From positions 128,001 to 192,000 of the forward strand of contig CAWFFH010000006.1 of the NCBI GenBank assembly GCA_963815095.1: a stretch of DNA of 64,000 nt, in the 5' to 3' direction. Both the position numbers and the translations under genes were made by a program. The notes beneath the pieces were generated by a model. The model searched no databases, was not told where the DNA came from, and was given only the letters and a program-made list of their open reading frames with translations. Shown one piece after another: positions 9,525 to 18,517 of this stretch; position 1 is the first letter of the stretch; every line of letters starts with the position of its first letter. The stretch is from Candidatus Bathyarchaeota archaeon. GTDB taxonomy: Archaea; Thermoproteota; Bathyarchaeia; Bathyarchaeales; Bathycorpusculaceae.

Positions 9525-9812
9525 ATTGTTCAGAGTCAGCAGTTAGAAAATTTTTAGGATAAAATAAGCTGATAAACAAAGATAAAACGAAGGATTATGG
9601 GAACAAAAATTATGGGTTTTATTATATTCCAATAATTACTACCGTGGCGGTTCCTTTGTTGGTTGAGCGAAAAAGGAAGGCGGAATCAGCGAGAAAATGT
9701 TGAGATCTGATGGGTTACGGACCCTATTTACTCCACTTTAAGTATTGCTAATCAATTACTTCGATACTATTTTATAATTCGCTAGGTTTAATTAGCAAAA
9801 AGGTGTATTGAG

Positions 9813-10394
9813 TTGTCAGACAGAGGGGTAGAAAAATTGGCCAAGAATCCACAATCAAAAGATGATGCTTTAGAGGCTTTAGATTTCATAGTAAATGTTC
9901 TCAAAGAGCACGAGAAAGACTTAGATAAACTAATCAATGAGTTGACAATCGTCACAGAACAAATAGGTGACACCGGGGAATTAAGCAGCAAAGTTGAGAA
10001 TATAGAGGAAAAAATAGATACTCTTCAAAAAGAAGTAACAAACTTAATCGGTCACATATCCAGCGTTCCCAGAGAAGCATCACCAACAACATTAGCATCC
10101 GAAAAAAACGAAACTATACCTGCGGCAACGGCAGCATTGCAGGGGGCACCATCAGTAGTTTTTCGTTGCAGACAATGGGAGGACTTCCAAGCATTAGCTA
10201 ATAAAGCTCAAACATTGTCTTTCAGTTATAAAGAAGAAGAGAAGGTTTTCCAAGCTGATGCACTTAAGGGAAACCAAATCATTATCTACAGTGGTGCACT
10301 TCCAAAGTTTTCTTCCATACTCAAAACATGGCTGTCTAAACAGCTCGATGTTCCCGAACGAAGTATTATGGAAGGCGTTTTAGCAGTAAGCTAA
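9813..10394 (+). CDS. Hypothetical protein with an N-terminal coiled coil
   Basis: 193-aa ORF with a heptad-like acidic N-half (ALEALDFIVNVLKEHEKDLDKLINEL) and a small alpha/beta C-domain. Confidence 0.7.
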   Translation: MSDRGVEKLAKNPQSKDDALEALDFIVNVLKEHEKDLDKLINELTIVTEQIGDTGELSSKVENIEEKIDTLQKEVTNLIGHISSVPREASPTTLASEKNETIPAATAALQGAPSVVFRCRQWEDFQALANKAQTLSFSYKEEEKVFQADALKGNQIIIYSGALPKFSSILKTWLSKQLDVPERSIMEGVLAVS

Positions 10395-10810
10395 AACCTG
10401 TATTTTCACTCCTTATTTTTGTTTCATAATGCTTAAATGAATTTTTGATTATCTTGATTCTTGTTAGTGATTGGAGGAATTGGTTAGGGTTGAAGGCTAC
10501 ACCAGTATGCCAAAAAATAATTTCCGTTTTCGAAGCCTTCTCCTTTCTCCTCGATACGGATGGCTATTGGACGCCAACACACATAACCAATCCTTCAAAC
10601 TTCACTAACTTAACTTCAACTTTTAAGTTACCCGTTTATGTTTCTCGATAAGGACTCGTGCCTCTTTCGAAGCTAACGAAATCTCATATGAAGAAATTTG
10701 GGAGGAGTTTGTCTGTATTGGCGGTTTCTATCGTAATTAGTATGTTGAAAATTTGCTCTTTAGATTGGAAGGCAAATTATTTGATTAATAGACCTTTCCA
10801 ATATCCTTTT

Positions 10811-12118
10811 TTATTCGCTGGAATGTTTTGCCTTGCTCTTGCCATACCTAAGTTTTGCAGTCAGTATTTTTTCAGTTGCAAACAGCCGTGAAGCAATGTA
10901 CATTATGGCAATCGTGAAGATTGCAACATAAACAATCCCAAACACAACGGTTCCATAGTCGCCTGTAACTACAGCTTTTGCGGCGAGGATAGGATGACTG
11001 TACGGAATTGCGTAGAAGATTGCTTTTATTGAGAGTGGCAGCGAATTCACGTCGAGGTAGATTAACGCCATTGCAGGCAGGAAAATCAAGGGGTAAATAT
11101 ATCCAACTAAGGCTTGTGCGCCCCTAACGTTTTCGCTGAAAGCTGACATCACAACAGCCAACGCCAATGCCGACAGCAACGTAAAGAACAGGCTTATACC
11201 CAACAAAACATATCCTCCAATTGAAGGCACTAACCCTAAAGCAACTAAGTCAACACTTCCGCCTGAATTACTTGCGATTCCAACCGTTAAGGAACCAAGC
11301 ATATAATTGTAACCTATCAAAACCGTGATCGCGGCAACCCCCGCAACGATGATGGTGCTGGAGACTTTTCCCATAAGAATCGCAAACCTATCCACAGGAG
11401 TTGTGAGGAGAGTTTCCAACGTTTTTTCTTCTTTCTCCATTGCAACACTTGTCGCAGCAATCTGCATGGCATAAGTCAACATAACCATTATCGTGATGGG
11501 TAAAGCGATCGATTGGGTTAACAACAAACTTGACAAAACACTAACACTGACACCATTAGTAATTGTTCCTTTAATAACGCTTGACTCTGAAACTGAAACA
11601 ACATCTGGTGCAACTGCACGGTTAAAACCGTTAAGGACCGCGGTAACTGTTGTACTGCTGATGCCGCTGAAAATTCCGCCTCCACCATTGAATACTCCAT
11701 AAGTGTTTATCACGCCAGTTACATTCCATTCCCCAGCGTTATGCCGTGTTAGGTTGTCGCTGAATCCAGCGGGAATAACTAAAAACGTACTGCTGTTATA
11801 TTTGGCAAGCAAACCTTGGTCAACTACACTTTGAGGCGCAACATTGTTGACCGCCTTAACGTTCATTGTGTTGTTGAGGTAGCCCACGAAAGCTTGGCTC
11901 CAGTTGCCATTATCGTTGTCAATCACAAGTAAAGTTGCCCTTTGAGCCTCTGTCTGAGCTGTCTGAACCGCAAAACCCATAACTAACCCCAAAACTGGGA
12001 ACATAATGAGGGGCAAAACTATCATGCCAATTAGAATTTTTGGGTCACGCATAAGTTCTTTTAATTCTTTGATAAGTATAGTTGTGAAACCTTTAAGCAA
12101 AGCCAACCACCCTCGCAA
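10811..12118 (-). CDS. ABC-2 type exporter permease (NatB-like)
   Basis: KELKELMRD; EKEEKTLETLLTTPV; ILMGK; six or more TM helices with a large extracellular loop. Confidence 0.9.
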   Translation of the reverse strand: MRGWLALLKGFTTILIKELKELMRDPKILIGMIVLPLIMFPVLGLVMGFAVQTAQTEAQRATLLVIDNDNGNWSQAFVGYLNNTMNVKAVNNVAPQSVVDQGLLAKYNSSTFLVIPAGFSDNLTRHNAGEWNVTGVINTYGVFNGGGGIFSGISSTTVTAVLNGFNRAVAPDVVSVSESSVIKGTITNGVSVSVLSSLLLTQSIALPITIMVMLTYAMQIAATSVAMEKEEKTLETLLTTPVDRFAILMGKVSSTIIVAGVAAITVLIGYNYMLGSLTVGIASNSGGSVDLVALGLVPSIGGYVLLGISLFFTLLSALALAVVMSAFSENVRGAQALVGYIYPLIFLPAMALIYLDVNSLPLSIKAIFYAIPYSHPILAAKAVVTGDYGTVVFGIVYVAIFTIAIMYIASRLFATEKILTAKLRYGKSKAKHSSE

Positions 12119-12824
12119 AAACCTCTTCTAAATTCTGGCTATTATATTTCGATTTGAGCTCTTTTGGTTCCCCTTCAACAACCAACCGACCCTTATGAAC
12201 GAGTGCTACGCGGTTGCAGAGGTACTCAACTTCAAGCATGTTGTGGCTGCTGAACAGAACCGTGACGCCATGTTCCTTAACGTAGCGTTTAACGATCTCA
12301 CGAATATGATAAGCGTATAAAACATCCAACCCACTTGCTGGTTCATCAAGCACTGCTAATTTTGGATGTGTCATTAAAGCCCTTGCAACGAGTAATCGTC
12401 GTTTCATGCCTTTGCTGTAAGTTTTAGCTTTGTCTTTTAAGCGGTCTCCTAGTCCACAGATTTCTACAGCTTCCTCTATAGTGGCTTTTAGATTCATGCC
12501 GGGTGTGGTTTGAAGTTTAGCCATAAATTGAAGGTACTCTAAACCCGTAAGGTTTGGGTAAGCACCAGATTCTTCTGGCAAATAACTGATAATTTGACGG
12601 GTCTTTTCAGGTTGATTTGTTGCGTCCTGACCAAAAATATTTATTGTTCCTGTTGTTGGCTTAATTAAAGTGCAGATGATGCGCAGGGTTGTAGTTTTTC
12701 CGGCACCGTTGGGTCCGATTAAGCCGTAGATTTCGCCAGGTTTAATATTAAAACTTACACCGTTAAGGGCTCTTACTTGACCAAACTGCTTAGTTATTGA
12801 AATTGCTTCTACGGCTAGACTCAA
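12093..12824 (-). CDS. ABC transporter ATP-binding protein (NatA-like)
   Basis: Walker A GPNGAGKTT, signature YSKGM, Walker B LDEP, SSH switch. Confidence 0.95.
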   Translation of the reverse strand: MSLAVEAISITKQFGQVRALNGVSFNIKPGEIYGLIGPNGAGKTTTLRIICTLIKPTTGTINIFGQDATNQPEKTRQIISYLPEESGAYPNLTGLEYLQFMAKLQTTPGMNLKATIEEAVEICGLGDRLKDKAKTYSKGMKRRLLVARALMTHPKLAVLDEPASGLDVLYAYHIREIVKRYVKEHGVTVLFSSHNMLEVEYLCNRVALVHKGRLVVEGEPKELKSKYNSQNLEEVFARVVGFA

Positions 12825-12946
12825 GTTATCCGCTCTCTTGAGGTAGAAGACAATAATTTGTTATTTAAGTTTTAACTACTTTCGCCTCGCTTCTAAAAGA
12901 ATTAAAATAATAAAAGAAAGTGGAATTTCTTTTCCCTTTCTCTGGT

Positions 12947-14176
12947 TTAGCGACAGTCCCTATTTTCAGGCAGGATTTTTAGTATGCGAAGGATTTTCTT
13001 GAACTCTTCCTCTTTTAGCGATGCTCTGCGACCATTAGCATACATGTCTTTAACCGTATCTACGACTGCTGCGACGACTTGATCATCTGGAGCATTTCCA
13101 GATAACTCGGTGATTTTGTGTTTGATTATCCCTTTGCCGGATTGTTTGCCAATGGTTAAACGTCTTGTGTTACCTACTAATTCAGGCGGATAAGGTTCAT
13201 AGGTCCATGGATCGTTGAGAACGCCGTGAGTGTGGATTCCTGATTCGTGGGCGAAACCATAGTCGCCTACGATTGCCTTGTTTGGTGGAACTGTGTAACC
13301 TGTAGCTTTTCCAATGTAATCTGCTGTTACCTTCATTTTCTCTGTTTTGCCCTCATATTTCTTGACGCCATAGTGCAAATACAAGTTCAACAGAACTTTT
13401 TCTGTCTCTGCGTTACCTGCTCGTTCACCAATGCCAAGGTAGGTTGTGCTTGCGTAAACTTTATCCCAAACCCCTGAAGCCGTCTTAATCGCAGCCATAG
13501 TGTTCTCAACAGCGTTTCCAAAATCATCATGAGCATGAATCTCAATAGCGCTCATCCGAGTTTCCTTTTTGATGGCTAAAACTTTAGCGGGAATGCCGTG
13601 GGGTAAAGGTGCTTCGGGGTCAGATAATCCAATCCCAACTGTGTCACATATACGGTAACACTCTGCTCCTGCATCTGCAACAGCATTTATAAAACGTTTT
13701 TCAAAACCCCAGTCAGCGCGAGTACTATCTTCACCATGAACAAAGGTTCGCAAGCCACAAGTTTTAGCGGAGTATTCAGTTACGTCGACTATGTTAGCTA
13801 AGATTTGTTCTTGGGTTTTTTCTGGCCATTTTGCTTTAAAATGTATATCTGAAACAGGGTGCGAAATGCCAACTTCTTTGAGTCCACATTGGACCGCACT
13901 ATCGATGTCTTCTTTGACAGCTCTGCACCAACCTGCGACCCGTAAATCAAGATGCAGATCCCCGATTAACTTAGCTGCTTTTTTGTCTGGTTCCTGATAA
14001 TGAAAAAGTTCGATACGTTCAACGCCAACTTCACTGAGCAACTGGGCAATTTTTGCAGCATCTCTTGGTCCAGCGGCTAAGCCCGGCATTTGTATACCGT
14101 CACGAAGGGTAGTGTCATCTATAATTGGCTCGGTTTTTAGTGGCTTGAGTTTGAAATAAAAATCTTTTATGTCCAT
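12947..14176 (-). CDS. DRE-TIM metallolyase (homocitrate/isopropylmalate synthase family), Re-citrate synthase-like
   Basis: DTTLRDGIQ, EDSTRAD, CDTVGIG..P..PLP, HAHDDFG, GIGERAGNA, AHESGIH; no LeuA regulatory domain. Confidence 0.8.
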   Translation of the reverse strand: MDIKDFYFKLKPLKTEPIIDDTTLRDGIQMPGLAAGPRDAAKIAQLLSEVGVERIELFHYQEPDKKAAKLIGDLHLDLRVAGWCRAVKEDIDSAVQCGLKEVGISHPVSDIHFKAKWPEKTQEQILANIVDVTEYSAKTCGLRTFVHGEDSTRADWGFEKRFINAVADAGAECYRICDTVGIGLSDPEAPLPHGIPAKVLAIKKETRMSAIEIHAHDDFGNAVENTMAAIKTASGVWDKVYASTTYLGIGERAGNAETEKVLLNLYLHYGVKKYEGKTEKMKVTADYIGKATGYTVPPNKAIVGDYGFAHESGIHTHGVLNDPWTYEPYPPELVGNTRRLTIGKQSGKGIIKHKITELSGNAPDDQVVAAVVDTVKDMYANGRRASLKEEEFKKILRILKILPENRDCR

Positions 14177-14351
14177 TGCTCTCTTGATCCTTTGCGTTTC
14201 TCCGACGCATTTTTTTAACGCTAACTAACGCTTGTCTGCAATTGATAAACGTTTCTGCACTATTTATGTAAGTTTGTCCAAAAGAATACGAGACTTAACT
14301 GCAAAATGTTTTGTCTTAATATTAACAAAACCTTTACATTCAACACGCAAA

Positions 14352-14666
14352 CTATCCAACATTAGCATACAGAGCTTTAAGCGTCCCCGAAACAGCCAAA
14401 ACGTGCACCGACGCTACCTTACCAGCCACATTCGTAACTGTAACCAACGAAGCTCTAACTTTCGGAAAAGACACAAGAGAAGTGCGAACCACAAAAATTT
14501 TTCTCTCCCCCTCAAAATTAATCAAAGCTAACCCAGTCGTACTTGCCCCAATCTCTCCATATAGCTTAGTAACAGCAGCCCAAACAGCATCCATAAATTC
14601 CCGCTCTGAGGGTAAAGTTTCGGATTCCAGTTGAAGGGCAAGGTACCGGCGTTTAACTCGTTTCAA
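14352..14666 (-). CDS. rnp2: Ribonuclease P protein component 2 (Pop5/Rpp14)
   Basis: KRRYL, LYGEIG, VSGTLKAL; lies downstream of Rpp30 in the conserved operon. Confidence 0.9.
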   Translation of the reverse strand: MKRVKRRYLALQLESETLPSEREFMDAVWAAVTKLYGEIGASTTGLALINFEGERKIFVVRTSLVSFPKVRASLVTVTNVAGKVASVHVLAVSGTLKALYANVG

Positions 14667-15397
14667 ATGGGTTTGCCCTCCTTAACTACACTGATACCGG
14701 GCGCCACAAACCTTGTACTTAGCTTTTCGCGGTTACGCAAAACAATCTCGGCGGGATTAGTTGAAACTGCATTTAAAGCCTGAACTTCGTCGAGCCCAAA
14801 TAAGTAACCTAAACTTGCCAAATCATGGGGCATGCGCATCAGATTTTCCTCGCCAACTCCGCTCGAAACTATAACAGGCACATGGAACTCCAGTGCAATT
14901 GCCACTTCCCGCCTCAAACTCGAAAGCAACCTGACACGTGCTGGGCCCTCCATAACGAGCAGAGGTTTAATATCCACTTCCAACGCTGCTAAACTGCAGC
15001 TAGCAAGTTCCGCTTCGGCGCGGTCAAAAAACCGTTTATGATAATCAAGACTTGGAAAACTTAATAGGTCAACGCGTCTGTCTTTGGCAGCTTGCCGCGC
15101 AATTTCTTTTTCGTCACAAACAATGCATATGACTTCGAATTGACGCCGGAATTTGCGCAGGAAACGCATTAGGTCTTCTTGGGTTCGGGGCTTAAAATCC
15201 GCTCGCAAAACAAAGTCCAAACCCGCTTGAGTGCATGCAGCTTTGAGGGCAGCTACTTCGGTTTCTCGGACACCATTTGTGAATGGAAAACCTATGTAGT
15301 GGTAACCCATTCGGGCTGCCTTTGTGATTAGTAGCTGAGCCGTTTGTTGGTCTTTTGGATTGATACGTAAATGCAAATCGGCGAAGGTTCGGGTCAT
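14663..15397 (-). CDS. rnp3: Ribonuclease P protein component 3 (Rpp30)
   Basis: FADLHL, ARQAAKDRRVDLL, VSSG...MRMPHDL, STNP; operon context. Confidence 0.9.
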   Translation of the reverse strand: MTRTFADLHLRINPKDQQTAQLLITKAARMGYHYIGFPFTNGVRETEVAALKAACTQAGLDFVLRADFKPRTQEDLMRFLRKFRRQFEVICIVCDEKEIARQAAKDRRVDLLSFPSLDYHKRFFDRAEAELASCSLAALEVDIKPLLVMEGPARVRLLSSLRREVAIALEFHVPVIVSSGVGEENLMRMPHDLASLGYLFGLDEVQALNAVSTNPAEIVLRNREKLSTRFVAPGISVVKEGKPI

Positions 15398-15841
15398 GGC
15401 AGCAACCCAGTTTGCTTAGAAAGCTCCATTATTTCCTTCGCGGTCTTGTTTTTGAAATGAATTTTTATGCGGATTGGATCATTATGAGAAAACTTTAAAG
15501 TGTCCCAAAAATGCAGATTGTTTGTCAAACCTTAGGTATAGGTTTCCTTTTTCAAGGTGCAGTTTGATGTCGCGATCTAATTCTTCCTTATCCAAGGCGC
15601 CTAGGTCTTTGCCAAATTTTTCCAAAGTGTTTGGGAGCAGTTTTTTGTCGGTTAGTTTAGCGGTAAAAAGGATGATATGGTTTCCGTGGTGCCCTGTGCA
15701 ATTGGTTTTTTCAAAAACAAGAGTTTGTGCCAGTTCGGCTGGCAATAGGTTTTGTACGGCAGTTTGAACTTTGGTTGGGTCTTCTGTTGCATGGGCGAAG
15801 ACACGTATATCTATGTAAGCTATTGGCGGTTTAGTAGACAT
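15394..15841 (-). pseudogene. DUF54 RNA-binding (exosome-associated) protein with an apparent one-base frameshift near its 3' end (or an assembly error)
   Basis: HATEDPTKV, GHHGN, LYLRFDKQSAFLG. The ORF stops at 15482, but removing one base near 15494-15499 gives FSHNDPIRIKIHFKNKTAKEIMELSKQTGLLP* with the TGA overlapping the rnp3 ATG. Confidence 0.7.
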
Positions 15842-15874
15842 TGGGCACCGGGTTTGTGTTGTTTGTTTTGGCTT

Positions 15875-16075
15875 TTAGCTTTTTGGTTTAGCGTGGGCTT
15901 TGATACAATCCACGTTTTCTTTATGGGTGGATTTGCGTTTGATGTCGATGCGTATGCCCAATTGCCGAGCTTGCTGCGTGTTTACGCCTGCTTCTTTAAG
16001 TTCATTAGGGCTAAAGCCCTGACCGGGTTTATGTTTGCCGTTTTGTTTAGTTATTATAGCTTTCATATGATGCAT
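15875..16075 (-). CDS. rpl13e: 50S ribosomal protein L13e (short form)
   Basis: GQGFSPNELKEAG...ARQLGIRIDIKRKSTHKENV. Confidence 0.85.
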   Translation of the reverse strand: MHHMKAIITKQNGKHKPGQGFSPNELKEAGVNTQQARQLGIRIDIKRKSTHKENVDCIKAHAKPKS

Positions 16076-16684
16076 TTACTTTCCTCCCTTCTTCTGATGG
16101 TCACCGTGACGGCCAGTGTTGCCGAATTTGTGGCTTGGGCGCAGTTTTTCTGTGCCTCTGCCGCGGTGGTGGAGTCCTCGGACGTTTTTGCCTGCACTGG
16201 TCATGCTACGGAAGACTCTGCTGGTGTGTTGTGGTTCTGTTATCCAGCTGACATCTTTGTCAGTCTTTATGGTTGGAGCATTGGGGTCAAGGAGGATGAC
16301 TTCAAACCATTTGTGTTTTCCGTCTTCGCCTACCCAGTAGCTGTTCAAAACTTCCAGGTTAGGGAATTTTTTGGCGGTTCGCTCTTCAGCTATAAGTCGG
16401 ATGCTTTTTCCTGGTTTAAATTTGGCCACACCCATACGTTTGGGGCGTCGTCCTGATCGTGGACGTAGTTTTCTCAAATTGCCCCTTCGAACTTTTGTTC
16501 GGGCAACAACGAAGCCTTGTTTGGCTTTGTAGCCGAGTTTTCTTGCGCGGTCGAGTCTTGTAGGATGCTCGATGCGTAATGTAGTTGGTTGTTTACGCCA
16601 CTGCACTAAGCGTTGGCGCATAAGTTCTTCAACGAAGCTTTTTTCGGGCTGTGCCCATTCTTCTGCTATGTATTTATATGCCAT
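16076..16684 (-). CDS. rpl15e: 50S ribosomal protein L15e
   Basis: AYKYI, PTRLDRARKLGYKAKQG, IAEER, NLEVLNSYWVGEDG, WFEVIL. Confidence 0.98.
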   Translation of the reverse strand: MAYKYIAEEWAQPEKSFVEELMRQRLVQWRKQPTTLRIEHPTRLDRARKLGYKAKQGFVVARTKVRRGNLRKLRPRSGRRPKRMGVAKFKPGKSIRLIAEERTAKKFPNLEVLNSYWVGEDGKHKWFEVILLDPNAPTIKTDKDVSWITEPQHTSRVFRSMTSAGKNVRGLHHRGRGTEKLRPSHKFGNTGRHGDHQKKGGK

Positions 16685-16714
16685 CTAAATTTTCTCCTAA
16701 ATGTATTGTTTGCT

Positions 16715-16786
16715 TACGGTTCAGTCCCGAAGGACCACATCCCAACGGACTATGTTGTCCGCCTGCAATTTCACATCATAGTGACC
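16715..16786 (-). ncRNA. Structured 5' leader of rpl15e (eL15 ribosomal-leader-like RNA)
   Basis: Minus strand reads GCGGACAACATAGTCCGTTGGGATGTGGTCC-TTCG-GGACTGAACC: two hairpins, one with a cUUCGg tetraloop, between the TATA box and the rpl15e start. Confidence 0.65.
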
Positions 16787-16792
16787 TTGAGT

Positions 16793-16806
16793 GAGATAAA
16801 CCTTTC
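16793..16806 (-). promoter_or_regulatory. BRE/TATA promoter for the rpl15e operon
   Basis: Minus strand GAAAGGTTTATCTC: purine-rich BRE followed by TTTAT. Confidence 0.5.
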
Positions 16807-16831
16807 CAGCGGAAACCAAGCTCCAAGGTTT

Positions 16832-17155
16832 ATGGAGGTTGTTTTTGAAGAAAAGTATGGGTCTATGGAAATGAAATTTAGACCAATCTGGAAGCAACAA
16901 AAAACGTTTACAAAAGTTAATAATTATTGGGAAGCCGACGGAATAGTTGCAGATTTACAGATTGAGCGTCGAGAGGACGTTGAGCAGGTGGAAACTCTTA
17001 AGCTATTAAAGAATTTATATGAACAATATCAAAACTGTAAGTTCTGCAATTACCGCAACAGTAAGGATTCTATTTATTCGCTCTATTCTTTTAACCGTTT
17101 GTTCAATAGTACTTTCCATTCTTTCCCACCCCTTGACCTATTTTTTCTTCTTTAA
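16832..17155 (+). CDS. Possible small hypothetical protein
   Basis: 3' part of the 16613 ORF from ATG 16832; fills the intergenic gap; has CKFC; no recognisable family. Confidence 0.3.
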   Translation: MEVVFEEKYGSMEMKFRPIWKQQKTFTKVNNYWEADGIVADLQIERREDVEQVETLKLLKNLYEQYQNCKFCNYRNSKDSIYSLYSFNRLFNSTFHSFPPLDLFFLL

Positions 17156-17442
17156 AGAAAAGATATGATTATTAGAACAGCAAGAATAGCTACTCCGAGA
17201 CCTGCTGCGGCATAACTTAACAGTTCATTTCGTCTCATCGCTTTTTCTAATCGCAAAGTCATGTCGCCGCTATCATTCGTATTTGTTTGTAAAGCTACTT
17301 GATTTTGAAATGAGGATACTGGCGTTTGGGAGGAGTTTAAGGCGGCTCCACAATTGCTACAGTTTACTACATCCGCGGGAACCTTTGCACCACAGTTTGA
17401 ACAAGTTGGCAATTCAGTTTTTCCCCGATATATTAGAATCAC
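17152..17442 (-). CDS. Zinc-ribbon domain protein with a C-terminal TM helix
   Basis: CSNCG...CSNCG; hydrophobic C-terminus. Confidence 0.8.
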   Translation of the reverse strand: MILIYRGKTELPTCSNCGAKVPADVVNCSNCGAALNSSQTPVSSFQNQVALQTNTNDSGDMTLRLEKAMRRNELLSYAAAGLGVAILAVLIIISFL

Positions 17443-17589
17443 AGAAAGTATCTATAATTAAAACTTTCCATTAACAAAACAGCGGTAACCAAACTTTTTT
17501 GCGCTCCGCCGAATCTACCGCAAATAATAAATCATATGTCAAACAAGTTCCAACATCCTTATCCTCACTGAATCTACACGGAGAAAAAC

Positions 17590-18516
17590 ATGAGGCTACT
17601 GCTATCTAAAAAAATGGCAATCATTTTAGTTATTCTCTTAGCAGTACTGCTGAACTTCAGTATTTTTTGTTTCGCATATCCTCAAACATTTGCGCCTCAA
17701 ACAACTACCCTTGCACGAGATTTTTCAGCTTACTACACAGGGGAATGGCGATTGTTCCATAATCCAACCCAAATATATTCTGAAGGCGTTCAACCGGGCG
17801 ATTACCCGATTATTGGGCAGCCGCAACCTTTCAAATATACACCTTCCTTTCTGATACTTTTTGCGCCGTTCCTAACTTTAAACTACCAGAATGCGCTTAA
17901 CGCGTTTGACATTGTGCAATTTATTTCAATTCTTGCTTTGGCTTTCTTTGTCTACAAACTTGTCAAAGACAAAAACCTCTTTCTCGGCGTTGTAGTTGCA
18001 TTGATTGTTTTGGTTGAACCACTACTTTTTACGCCTTCAATAAAATATGATGTTGCTAATTTTCTTCATTACCGTATGTTAAGCCTTCATGTCCAGACGT
18101 TTTCGCCAAGTTATTATTCTGGATATCTTTTGGCAAATGCCCACATTCTTCAAAATGTCATTCTAGTAGGCGCATTGTATTTTGGGTTCGCTAAAAAGCC
18201 ATGGTTTTCAGCTTTGTTTTTTGCATTTGGTTTATTTGACCCCCGTATGGCACTTTTTGCATTGCCGCTTCTACTGTGGTATAATAGGCAATCGATATGG
18301 AAATTCATTGGGGGGTCCGCTGTTTTTCTTGCGGCTACCAATCTTCCGTTCTTCTTCTATTACAATATAGGCTATACATTTTTGCAGACTGAAACCAAGG
18401 CGTCAGTGGCCTCACAAATGTATCTGTACGATTGGATTCCACTTTATTCAATTGCGGCATTTATAATTCTTGAAATAATAACGGTTCTATACAATCGAAA
18501 AAGTAAATTTGGTTAA
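17590..18516 (+). CDS. GT-C fold membrane glycosyltransferase (GT87/DUF2029-like)
   Basis: RDFSAYY, FKYTPSFLILFAPF, multiple TM helices. Confidence 0.7.
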   Translation: MRLLLSKKMAIILVILLAVLLNFSIFCFAYPQTFAPQTTTLARDFSAYYTGEWRLFHNPTQIYSEGVQPGDYPIIGQPQPFKYTPSFLILFAPFLTLNYQNALNAFDIVQFISILALAFFVYKLVKDKNLFLGVVVALIVLVEPLLFTPSIKYDVANFLHYRMLSLHVQTFSPSYYSGYLLANAHILQNVILVGALYFGFAKKPWFSALFFAFGLFDPRMALFALPLLLWYNRQSIWKFIGGSAVFLAATNLPFFFYYNIGYTFLQTETKASVASQMYLYDWIPLYSIAAFIILEIITVLYNRKSKFG

Positions 18517-18517
18517 G

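Noticed and set aside
9525-9812. Intergenic stretch with a short hydrophobic-plus-basic reading (YIPIITTVAVPLLVERKRK) and a repeated ATTATGGG
   Set aside because: No start codon in that frame, and only two short repeat copies, so there is insufficient evidence for a gene or an array.
10395-10810. Short ORFs 10445-10651 and 10658-10891 in a 400-bp gap
   Set aside because: No family motifs or convincing RBS; may be decayed DNA, but I cannot support a call.
15489-15500. TTTAAAG as a programmed -1 slippery heptamer
   Set aside because: It is not in the X XXY YYZ phase, and restoring the protein needs a +1 shift.
15752-16456. 234-aa + strand ORF
   Set aside because: Antisense to the clearly conserved rpl15e and rpl13e.
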